DNA of 64,000 nucleotides from an uncultured Eubacteriales bacterium (GCA_934432725.1 CAKRZE010000013.1:6085-70084), one strand, 5' to 3'; positions 38,701 to 46,134 are shown, numbered from the stretch's first letter. Numbers and translations: made by a program. The notes: generated from the letters alone by a model not told the origin.

Positions 38701-39273
38701 ATTGCGCAGCCTCTGATATATGGTATTCAGACATTTCGTGAACTTACGAGTGAGGATATAAGGTTGATCAATTGCCACGGATATGCGATGATGCGGAATG
38801 ATGCCCCGAGAGGATGGGAATCTTCGTTTGTTTCGTATTGCGAATCTATTCCCCAAAACGGGATTATCGGATCGAACGATTATCCGGGAGTTATAAGACT
38901 AACGGCAGCTGCGTATGCGAAAATCGATTTTGAAAATTGGCTGACCGCCAATGGATATACGTGGACGTATGAGTCTTCGTTTTCCGGGAACGGGGAGAGC
39001 AATCCGTTAGAACCGAACCAATATCGTGTTGTGTTGAGAACGGGTATTCATAACGTGCAGAATGACAGCGGTGTGTTCGTGAAAGATTATGATTTTCATT
39101 TTTGGTATCAAACATACGATGGAAGATGGGCAAACAAGCACGGATTTACCGCACCTGAGCTGCTTCCGTTCGGAACAACGCCGTTTTCAACAGGCAGCAG
39201 CGGATGGAATTTGGGGTCTTATCCTGACTTTTACGACAGCCCCATTTATTGCTATATTATTACCGTCAGTTAG
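35788..39273 (+). CDS. secreted multidomain protein: N-terminal region, TWNN carbohydrate-binding-like domain, 2x Big_2, 2x ricin-type lectin, and a C-terminal Cys/His putative toxin tip
   Basis: Signal peptide MNLPKKLTAAVLSVVILMCALFSGTVSA. SWTESNLTWNNKS resembles the DNRLRE/CBM-like domain. Big_2-like SWETTNTSNVTVTQSGVVKGV and SSNTSVATVNSSGSVTAV. QxW repeats (NQMWKV, LHQWTF, QQRWKF, GTKWTV). The tip carries INCHGYAM ... DFHFWYQTYDGRWANKHG. Confidence 0.8.
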   Translation: MNLPKKLTAAVLSVVILMCALFSGTVSAVSGPEMRDSAGTAVKGATYTDRIISNERIAETGSYESMLEGCSILRYVEEDRFAASDPIYRLEELEDLNSYVFQNRDGSRTVYFMDEATKYTKNGRVVEKDISLISDREGYYTRSNNVSLSLSRDALSGVSLGRDDEEITLIPNGTNPDYATVRNDDDTVTYKNIYGDGIDVKYSPTLSGVKEDIILASYTGMHSFSFTLETKGKQVFCDGGRYYVAESADAVLKFDLGDIVAFDATGMPCKGSLAVEELQGGERYLVTVSVPEEFLAAESTVYPVTIDPTLQVSDNTSSGSILDCPVFSGYPNNNHGNYIYLSAGYVDSSFLVGRIQVKLPGLYNSQIYSSLNAGDITSVTFHCYDDSGNTAAYLNLYPNTSNASWTESNLTWNNKSTYTTSVNYGASVGPACWTTFNITNLVKAWKNGTYTAAAGFTLKNNNESSAAYRKAIFSSEYSGTTYRPYVSMTYNPGLSLNTDTLFLSPGSTYTLVATTRPSGQTVSWETTNTSNVTVTQSGVVKGVRGGGTATVIATYIDSSGTRHTAKCAVFVTYPEGVYKIKNVKTNYVLDVQNNGVNGSPSVLQFTSGSGVTFLNQMWKVKYLSEGWYSVRPMHNLVMGLSAAESSYALASSIGFTDTSASIADRAEWRITCQSSGNQIKLLNRGSQQYLTLTDDTVSSDNRVVTAADNSALRTRWLFEAVESVPQGVRIYETSSAGVFSQTAASRRYASPGTTRGHAWLRLKVVAFSAAVNTYSSQQWTSSNTSVATVNSSGSVTAVSPGSTTITGVFSVNGTNYQLSFPLTVTELEDGIYFLQNKFSDLYADIPDASMTEGAQLHQWTFHGAKQQRWKFTLKYDGYYTIRSVNSGSVSYYMGVQGDSTSYDVAVVLRSTDLSDGTKWTVSKTSSGAYKLSAKSGGTGKALAVATLNAGQKGGLLQQRYYVNDDNYKDEWIAQPLIYGIQTFRELTSEDIRLINCHGYAMMRNDAPRGWESSFVSYCESIPQNGIIGSNDYPGVIRLTAAAYAKIDFENWLTANGYTWTYESSFSGNGESNPLEPNQYRVVLRTGIHNVQNDSGVFVKDYDFHFWYQTYDGRWANKHGFTAPELLPFGTTPFSTGSSGWNLGSYPDFYDSPIYCYIITVS
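38525..38701 (+). repeat. 177-bp scaffold-tail 'handle', copy 1 (in the main gene)
   Basis: Near-identical to 40182-40358, and to 43119-43258 (first 140 bp only). It encodes LSDGTKWTVSKTSSGAYKLSAKSGGTGKALAVATLNAGQKGGLLQQRYYVNDDNYKDEW. Confidence 0.9.
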
Positions 39274-39284
39274 GAGGGGACAGT

Positions 39285-40088
39285 ATGAAGAAACGGCTGT
39301 TGATCATAGTGGGCGTTTGTTTGCTGGTGGCGATTCTTGCTGGGGGGATTACTATATATAATATTATGAAGCCGGAGAAGGTTCCCTCAAGGTGCGCTGA
39401 AATTATCAATTCTTTTGCCGGGAAAGAGTCGGTCAGACTTGAAGATTTGACGGAATATAGCGGCAGGGACTTTGTTACATTTCATGTTGACAGAGGTGAG
39501 TTTCTTCCATCGGGGCGCGGTGCACCCCTGCTGTCTTATCAGGATGACGATATGCCGATAGAACGGTTGGAACGCATAGATAAGAATACCGTTTGCGTCG
39601 TGTATAAACTGTATTATTATGCGGATGTGGAAGGTGATATAAAAAAAACTGCCTATGTATGCGTACTGTTTAAACGGGAGGAATGGATAAGCGAGGATAA
39701 AAAGCAGACTGGTGAACATTGGTTTAAAACCGGAGAATACTATTGTTTTCATCAGCATGTGCTTTCTTCCGATGCATACAAGGACATTCAGGCGGGGGAT
39801 TCACTTCAGCGTGTTGTCGATATTGATGACAGTTTGCTGATCGACTGGGACCCGCAAAATTATTTCCTTATAACATATCAGCTTTTGTCGGACGGAATCA
39901 TGGCATGGTATTTTAATGCAGGATTGCCTGAAGATGCCCCCTTTGAAGTGTCGGAGTACAAACTGATCGAAAAAACTTTCTATCGCTTCGGAACGGACTG
40001 GACAACGTTAAAGAAGCATTTTCCGTATGGTTCTGTATCTGACGCGAAAACACTTCGGGCAATTGGAAGGCTGATTGAAAAAGGATAA
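39285..40088 (+). CDS. membrane-anchored immunity-like protein (Imm1)
   Basis: ATG lies 11 nt after the toxin stop, with GGAGG upstream. N-terminal TM helix MKKRLLIIVGVCLLVAILAGGITIY. 267 aa with no recognisable domain. Confidence 0.6.
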   Translation: MKKRLLIIVGVCLLVAILAGGITIYNIMKPEKVPSRCAEIINSFAGKESVRLEDLTEYSGRDFVTFHVDRGEFLPSGRGAPLLSYQDDDMPIERLERIDKNTVCVVYKLYYYADVEGDIKKTAYVCVLFKREEWISEDKKQTGEHWFKTGEYYCFHQHVLSSDAYKDIQAGDSLQRVVDIDDSLLIDWDPQNYFLITYQLLSDGIMAWYFNAGLPEDAPFEVSEYKLIEKTFYRFGTDWTTLKKHFPYGSVSDAKTLRAIGRLIEKG

Positions 40089-40090
40089 TT

Positions 40091-41056
40091 TTGCGGCTGT
40101 TAAGAGATGTACAGGATACTCTTCCGGTGGCAGGCATGAATACCTGTCACCGGAGAGCCTCCGCATGGACAGGCTCACTTTTGTCTGACGGCACAAAGTG
40201 GACGGTCAGCAAAACGTCAAGCGGGGCGTATAAGCTTTCTGCGAAGTCGGGCGGAACGGGCAAGGCGCTTGCCGTGGCAACACTCAATGCCGGTCAAAAA
40301 GGCGGGCTTTTGCAGCAAAGGTATTATGTCAATGATGACAACTATAAGGATGAGTGGAATCTGAAGCGATTGTCGCTTACATATGTTAATTATTTTGATT
40401 CTACATTGGTCGGGGATACAAAAAGACTTGGTTATGTGACGGAAGCAAATGACTTTTTGCGAATCGTATTGTCCAGACTGTGTGATGTTTCGGTGACGGG
40501 TAAGGCTCCGGAAAGATATGAAGGTATAGCGGATGGTTGTCTCCCGTCTACGCTGCCATGCACTTGCTATAATGATTGTGAGAAGCATCATAAAAATATA
40601 GGTAAAATATCGGACCAGCTGTATAATGCCGGAGTGGCTCCAAAATATCGGTATGTGCTGTGGACCAACAGAATTAGTACGGCATATTGTGCCAAAAGAA
40701 ATGGAGTACATACCCCTATGACCGGCGTGCTTGCTGTTACAGTTAATTATAGACCCGTTATACATTTTCTGACTCTTAACAATGCGCGTGATGATGATCT
40801 GAAGGCGTTTATGGCGATTACGCTTTTGCATGAAACTGCGCATACATTTTCTATGCCTGAAGTTTACAATGTGCCCGGTCACGATGTGGCGAATGGCTTT
40901 GTATGTGTATTTGTATGTGTAATGGAGGTATTTGAACAGGAATATGCGTTGGATTTTTATCAAAAAATCCTGAACGGTACTGCGGAACCTTTTTGTGCAT
41001 CGTGTAAAACACAATTTGTGTCGAGGGTATTGAATTATATTGCAAGTGCAGAGTAG
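40091..41056 (+). CDS. orphan toxin tip: scaffold handle fused to an HExxH metallopeptidase-like domain; no own signal peptide or RBS
   Basis: 40182-40358 repeats the main-gene handle. From 40359 the domain is different and carries LLHETAHTF...GHD. The track start (TTG at 40091) has no SD. Confidence 0.6.
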   Translation: MRLLRDVQDTLPVAGMNTCHRRASAWTGSLLSDGTKWTVSKTSSGAYKLSAKSGGTGKALAVATLNAGQKGGLLQQRYYVNDDNYKDEWNLKRLSLTYVNYFDSTLVGDTKRLGYVTEANDFLRIVLSRLCDVSVTGKAPERYEGIADGCLPSTLPCTCYNDCEKHHKNIGKISDQLYNAGVAPKYRYVLWTNRISTAYCAKRNGVHTPMTGVLAVTVNYRPVIHFLTLNNARDDDLKAFMAITLLHETAHTFSMPEVYNVPGHDVANGFVCVFVCVMEVFEQEYALDFYQKILNGTAEPFCASCKTQFVSRVLNYIASAE

Positions 41057-41065
41057 GAGGAAAAT

Positions 41066-41920
41066 ATGAAAAAAATATGCGGTATAGTGGGAGTAATTCT
41101 TTCTGCGCTTCTGCTGACAGGAGGTGGGAATGCGGGGGCAAGAGGATATGTTAAGGTTGTTGGGGATTCCTGGTATCTTGTAGTGCCTGAGTATATTCCT
41201 AAAGCAAAAGATGGGATGGAGGGATGTTGTTTATTTGTTCCCGAACTCAGATTTGATTCTTTGGAGGAATTTGTCGATACGGTTAAAAATCAGGATTTCA
41301 GTGAGGATCAGCTTTCCGCTGCAAAGTATCTCTTTGGACCGGAGGAGCAAAATGGATTTCGGATATGCAACATGGACAAGATATATGCGCCGAGACTTCC
41401 GTCCGGTATGAAAATCAACTGGGTGATTTGGGAAGGTCAGAATTATTCATTTTATTTTTCATCGGAGAATACTCGTACTACGGGTGTAATTTCTGTTCTG
41501 AACGATGATGATATTCAGGCTGACAAAATGTTTTCGTATCAATACAGACTGAAAGGCTTTGGCGCAGAGGTACTGGAGGAAATATATGATGACGGGGAAA
41601 GAACAGAAGTGATTTTTTCAAATGAATCCGGGAAATACAAATGGACTACATATGCTGTTGAAAGACGGATGACAGACTTTGACGGCAGAACCGTTACGGC
41701 TCAATGTCGCATTGCGGCACGTTATTGTTTGCAGCCTTACGGCAAATACATAGGGTTTGGGAAGACAGGTCTGAGGGGGGTGGAAATGTATGTGGAAAGC
41801 GATGTGCTGAATTATTATATCTGCATAGATAATTTTCCGCCTGAGATGACTGATGAATGGCTTTCGGAATTTGGATTGGAAGCGTATCGCAAGAATTGCG
41901 GAACAAACGCTCCTGTGTAA
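41066..41920 (+). CDS. exported immunity-like protein (Imm2)
   Basis: ATG lies 9 nt after the orphan stop, with GGAGG upstream. Signal peptide MKKICGIVGVILSALLLTGGGNAGA. 284 aa. Confidence 0.6.
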   Translation: MKKICGIVGVILSALLLTGGGNAGARGYVKVVGDSWYLVVPEYIPKAKDGMEGCCLFVPELRFDSLEEFVDTVKNQDFSEDQLSAAKYLFGPEEQNGFRICNMDKIYAPRLPSGMKINWVIWEGQNYSFYFSSENTRTTGVISVLNDDDIQADKMFSYQYRLKGFGAEVLEEIYDDGERTEVIFSNESGKYKWTTYAVERRMTDFDGRTVTAQCRIAARYCLQPYGKYIGFGKTGLRGVEMYVESDVLNYYICIDNFPPEMTDEWLSEFGLEAYRKNCGTNAPV

Positions 41921-41931
41921 ATGTCCGGTAT

Positions 41932-42207
41932 AGCAATCCGTTAGAACCGAACCAATATCGTGTTGTGTTGAGAACGGGTATTCATAACGTGCAGAATGAC
42001 AACGGTGTGTTCGTGAAAGATTATGATTTTCATTTTTGGTATCAAACATACGATGGAAGATGGGCAAACAAGCACGGATTTACCGCACCTGAGCTGCTTC
42101 CGTTCGGAACAACGCCGTTTTCAACAGGCAGCAGCGGATGGAATTTGGGGTCTTATCCTGACTTTTACGACAGCCCCATTTATTGCTATATTATTACCGT
42201 CAGTTAG
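41932..42207 (+). pseudogene. 3' remnant (last 91 codons) of the Cys/His toxin tip
   Basis: Near-identical to 38998-39273 with one amino-acid difference (S to N). It lacks the NCHG half of the domain. Confidence 0.75.
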
Positions 42208-42218
42208 GAGGGGACAGT

Positions 42219-43025
42219 ATGAAGAAACGGCTGTTGATCATAGTGGGCGTTTGTTTGCTGGTGGCGATTCTTGCTGGAGGGATTACTATATATAATATTA
42301 TGAAACCGGAGAAGGTTCCCTCAAGGTGCGCTGAAATTATCAATTCTTTTGCCGGGAAAGAGCCGGTCAGACTTGAAGATTTGACGGAATATAGCGGCAG
42401 CGATTTTGTTTTTTTTCATCATGGCAGGGGGGTGCGTCCCCCCCTGTCGGGTTTCTGCTACCCCCTGCTGTTTCAACAGGATGAGGATATGCCGATAGAA
42501 CGGTTGGAACGCATAGATAAGAATACTGTTTGCGTCGTGTATAAACTGTATTATTATGCGGATGTGGAAGGTGATATAAAAAAGACTGCCTATGTATGCG
42601 TACTGTTTAAACGGGAGGAATGGATAAGCGAGGATAAAAAGCGGACCGGTGAACAATGGCTTAAAACCGGAGAATACTATTGTTTTCATCAGCATGTGCT
42701 TTCTTCCGATGCATACAAGGACATTCAGGCGGGGGATTCACTTCAGCGTGTTGTCGATATTGATGACAGTTTGCTGATCGACTGGGACCCGCAAAATTAT
42801 TTCCTTATAACATATCAGCTTTTGTCGGACGGAATCATGGCATGGTATTTTAATGCAGGATTGCCTGAAGATGCCCCCTTTGAAGTGTCGGAGTACAAAC
42901 TGATCGAAAAAACTTTCTATCGCTTCGGAACGGACTGGACAACGTTAAAGAAGCATTTTCCGTATGGTTCTGTATCTGACGCGAAAACACTTCGGGCAAT
43001 TGGAAGGCTGATTGAAAAAGGATAA
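42219..43025 (+). CDS. membrane-anchored immunity-like protein (Imm1 paralogue)
   Basis: 268 aa, nearly identical to the 39285..40088 product except for a roughly 28-aa replaced patch and 4 scattered substitutions. Confidence 0.6.
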   Translation: MKKRLLIIVGVCLLVAILAGGITIYNIMKPEKVPSRCAEIINSFAGKEPVRLEDLTEYSGSDFVFFHHGRGVRPPLSGFCYPLLFQQDEDMPIERLERIDKNTVCVVYKLYYYADVEGDIKKTAYVCVLFKREEWISEDKKRTGEQWLKTGEYYCFHQHVLSSDAYKDIQAGDSLQRVVDIDDSLLIDWDPQNYFLITYQLLSDGIMAWYFNAGLPEDAPFEVSEYKLIEKTFYRFGTDWTTLKKHFPYGSVSDAKTLRAIGRLIEKG

Positions 43026-43118
43026 TTTTGCGGCTGTTAAGAGATGTACAGGATACTCTTCCGGTGGCAGGCATGAATACCTGTCACCGGAGAGCCTCCG
43101 CATGGACAGGCTCACTTT

Positions 43119-43258
43119 TGTCTGACGGCACAAAGTGGACGGTCAGCAAAACGTCAAGCGGGGCATATAAGCTTTCTGCGAAGTCGGGCGGAACGGGCAA
43201 GGCGCTTGCTGTGGCAACGCTCAATGCCGGTCAAAAAGGCGGGCTTTTGCAGCAAAGG
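43119..43258 (+). repeat. scaffold-tail handle, copy 3 (truncated, no tip attached)
   Basis: Identical context to 40182-40321. At 43259 it runs straight into AGGAGG plus the ATG of the next gene. Confidence 0.85.
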
Positions 43259-43270
43259 AGGAAATTTGAT

Positions 43271-44101
43271 ATGCGAGTATTGAAAAAGAGTGAATTCAGG
43301 ATTTTTTCTGCAATTCTGTCGGGAATCTGTATGCTTGTCTTTGCGTTGTCTTGCTCCGGGTGTGCTGCCACAGCCTATGCGTGTGATATTGTGGAGCAGA
43401 CAGAGGTTGATGTGGATACCCCGTCCGATTACGTTGCGAGAGGCAAACATGAAATCGGAATAGCCGCAAAGGAATATAATATTTCTTATATAAACAGCAA
43501 AAAAGATTTTTTCAGAGACGATGTTTGTGACGTGTTTGAAGTATTAGAAGATGACTCTTCAGACACGAATCGGGGAGGGACTGTCACTCTGAATTCGAAG
43601 ACCGGCGAAGTGATCGGCTTTAGAGGAATAACGCCTTTTCAAAGAATTACGGGATTTTCTTCTTTGACCAAAGAACAAATGAGGGCTGAGGTCGAAGCTG
43701 TTATGGGAGATTTTGTGGACTTCTCCCGGTATAATTCATTTGATGCCGAGGATTTTGAGGGGCAATTCATTGAGGAAACACTTCTGAGATGGAGCGTTGT
43801 TCGGGAAATTGAATACGACATCAGTGTTACGGTACATATCACAAATGACGGCGAAATTTATCAATTCAGCATGAATGACAACTGCCCCGATAATCTTAAG
43901 AAGCTCTCCTTGACAGAAAGCGAAAGAAACCGTATTCTTTTGTCTGCATTACAGAAGAAAACGGATTCTCAAATCACTGAGATCAAAGTGGAAAGTGAAA
44001 TGCTGACAGCTTGCAACGGAAAGGCGGCTGTGATTTACGATGTTGTTGTGACAGAGGAAGGCGGATTTGTCTGGAAACTGCTTCTGTCGATTACGCAGTA
44101 A
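43271..44101 (+). CDS. lipoprotein, immunity-like orphan
   Basis: AGGAGG lies 8 nt upstream. MRVLKKSEFRIFSAILSGICMLVFALSCSGC provides a signal peptide and lipobox. 276 aa. Confidence 0.55.
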   Translation: MRVLKKSEFRIFSAILSGICMLVFALSCSGCAATAYACDIVEQTEVDVDTPSDYVARGKHEIGIAAKEYNISYINSKKDFFRDDVCDVFEVLEDDSSDTNRGGTVTLNSKTGEVIGFRGITPFQRITGFSSLTKEQMRAEVEAVMGDFVDFSRYNSFDAEDFEGQFIEETLLRWSVVREIEYDISVTVHITNDGEIYQFSMNDNCPDNLKKLSLTESERNRILLSALQKKTDSQITEIKVESEMLTACNGKAAVIYDVVVTEEGGFVWKLLLSITQ

Positions 44102-44180
44102 AAAAAGTCCGATCACTATAATCTCCCTAAGAATCATTTGCGTTCCAATTATCAAACAGAATGGAATGAGGAGTGACAGT

Positions 44181-45011
44181 ATGAAACGGTGCGTTTTTCT
44201 GATGCTGGCGGTTCTGGTCTTTCTTGGGGTTGTTTCTTGCAAGCAAGAAAATGTCAATCCTAATACAATTTGTGTAGGTCCACCAACGTCAATGTACACT
44301 TCCTTTGATTTTGATTCCTATGACAAATTGCAGGAGTTGACAGATGAAAATTCTGATGCGTATAAGGAATTGGTGTCAAAGATACCTTATCAGAGACCGA
44401 AATGTCCCCTGTTTTTACCGACACTTACCGGTTGGGCGGACGGGACTGTTAAGTTAGCCATGCCGCAGTTAAATATGGAGAATATAGATTCCGGTCACGG
44501 CTGGTTTGATATATGGGATCTTTCGGCAAAGGAAGCATTTGACCTTCCGTCGATTAACTATAATTATGATGTGGATGGCGCCATTCTGCGAATTAAATTT
44601 TCAGATCCCTCGGTGCTCCAAAACCCGGAGGTGAGTAATGCAAAATCCTATTTGGAAGTGTGCTCAGCCATTGATTCTAAGAGCTACACACCGGATGATT
44701 TCAAGAGCAAATACTATTCAGAGGCATATGAGCAGAATGTGGTTTTAGCGGACGGAACGTGTGTCCGCGCATTGATTCGGGAGGCGGCACCCCAATATGA
44801 TGGCGAGAAGCCGGAGCAAAGGGTATCGCTGTATTATGATGGAATGCTGATAGATGCTGTCTGCTGGTCTAAGACACTTTCTACGGATGATTTTTGGAGT
44901 AGATTCGGCATTACCTATATCAAAGCCAAAGCGGATTCTGATGCTGACGGAACAAACTCTTCTGCGCAAACGTCCGGTATGACAGAAGAATCTGAATCAG
45001 GCGCTGAATAA
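44181..45011 (+). CDS. lipoprotein, immunity-like orphan
   Basis: GAGGAG upstream. MKRCVFLMLAVLVFLGVVSC provides a lipobox. 276 aa with an acidic Ser/Asp-rich tail. Confidence 0.55.
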   Translation: MKRCVFLMLAVLVFLGVVSCKQENVNPNTICVGPPTSMYTSFDFDSYDKLQELTDENSDAYKELVSKIPYQRPKCPLFLPTLTGWADGTVKLAMPQLNMENIDSGHGWFDIWDLSAKEAFDLPSINYNYDVDGAILRIKFSDPSVLQNPEVSNAKSYLEVCSAIDSKSYTPDDFKSKYYSEAYEQNVVLADGTCVRALIREAAPQYDGEKPEQRVSLYYDGMLIDAVCWSKTLSTDDFWSRFGITYIKAKADSDADGTNSSAQTSGMTEESESGAE

Positions 45012-45129
45012 TCTGCCTTGAATCATTCCAGGCGGACGGTGTTTTCGCCGTTCGCCTGGGATTTCCGTGTGGACAGGCACAATTTTGGCTGACGGCATGA
45101 TGAATCGCATAATTTCATTGTATCAACAT

Positions 45130-45817
45130 ATGAAACGGGGTGTAATGATGAAACAGATGGCGGCGATATTCGCCGGGTTTGCAGGCTTGTTCCTATGTGT
45201 TTGCCTGATCGGATCATGGAGGTGTGACGCTTCCCCGGAGCCGGAAGGGGGAGGCGGTACGGGCGGTCGATGCAGCCGTAATCGTTGACAGAAAATTTTC
45301 CATGTGGGCGGGTTCATATAGTGAATATCAAAAGCTCATAGAGGAAAATGATCTCGATGAGAAAATGATCACCTATGATAAGGTGCGGTTTTTGGGGGGA
45401 TTTGATTGCTTTGCGCTGCAGACGGTTCTTAAAAACGACTATTCTTTATTTTACATGGGTTTCAGCAACGGTTTTTCTCTGAATGTCTGCGGAAAGTCCT
45501 ATGTACCTGTTTATGGTGAATATATTTATGATGATAGTGATGTGCCGGTACTGAAGGACGAAGAAATCTGCCCGTGGAATATGAGAAAAATGAGAAACAC
45601 AAAGGACCGGGATCACGGGAAATATCTGTACAAGGGTATACAGTACAATTATGTTTGCGGAAGGCTGAATTCGGTGAAGTGGGAAAATGAGGAATATTAT
45701 TTTTCTTTTGGCTTAGATCATGGGGCGAAGTATCCGGGCTGCGGATTTATGAATGTACTGATGAATCTGCATACTGCTCCTGATGCGATTGCATACTTCA
45801 ATACTCGGGTGAAATAA
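45130..45817 (+). pseudogene. TM-anchored immunity-like gene split by a frameshift at a G5 run
   Basis: Frame 1 encodes MKRGVMMKQMAAIFAGFAGLFLCVCLIGSW... and stops at 45288. Frame 2 (45224..45817) encodes the protein-like body. Removing one G from 45247-45251 joins them. Confidence 0.55.
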
Positions 45818-46050
45818 AGGCGAAAGCGGGGAAGAGCTTCCTAATTGAGGCACTTGGTGGAGTTTATTTTTTCATTATAATAAAAAATGTTCCGAAACCG
45901 GTAAAAAGCGGGAACAAATCCTCCGGTGCAAACGTCTGATATTACGGAAGAGCCTGAAGCGGTTCCAATCCTATATCCCCAACTCTCCCGGCAGACGGTG
46001 TTTTCACTGTTTTGCCGGGATTACCCTTATCTGTGCAAAAGACGAAAAAA

Positions 46051-46082
46051 CCGGCATGCGCGATTTTCGGTGCGTATGCCGG
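46051..46082. terminator. bidirectional terminator downstream of the GNAT gene
   Basis: CCGGCATGCGC..GCGTATGCCGG stem, with AAAAAA upstream and TTTT downstream. Confidence 0.6.
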
Positions 46083-46134
46083 TTTTGTATCTGAGACTGC
46101 TGTGCGGAGAAGGGAATGCTTCCGGATGGATTTG

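Noticed and set aside
39466-39550. Diversity-generating retroelement targeting of the Imm1 variable patch
   Set aside because: There is no reverse transcriptase and no template repeat in the window. The differences are not adenine-specific and include a 3-nt length change.
40217-41014. 265-aa - ORF
   Set aside because: It is antisense to the orphan metallopeptidase tip, has low complexity (Ile/Arg/His/Phe), and no RBS.
45945-45990. tRNA-like T-arm sequence GGTTCCAATCC as a possible distal att of the island
   Set aside because: The flanking bases do not form a T-stem or acceptor stem. There is also no similarity to the tRNA-Ser 3' half used as att at 28765-28827.
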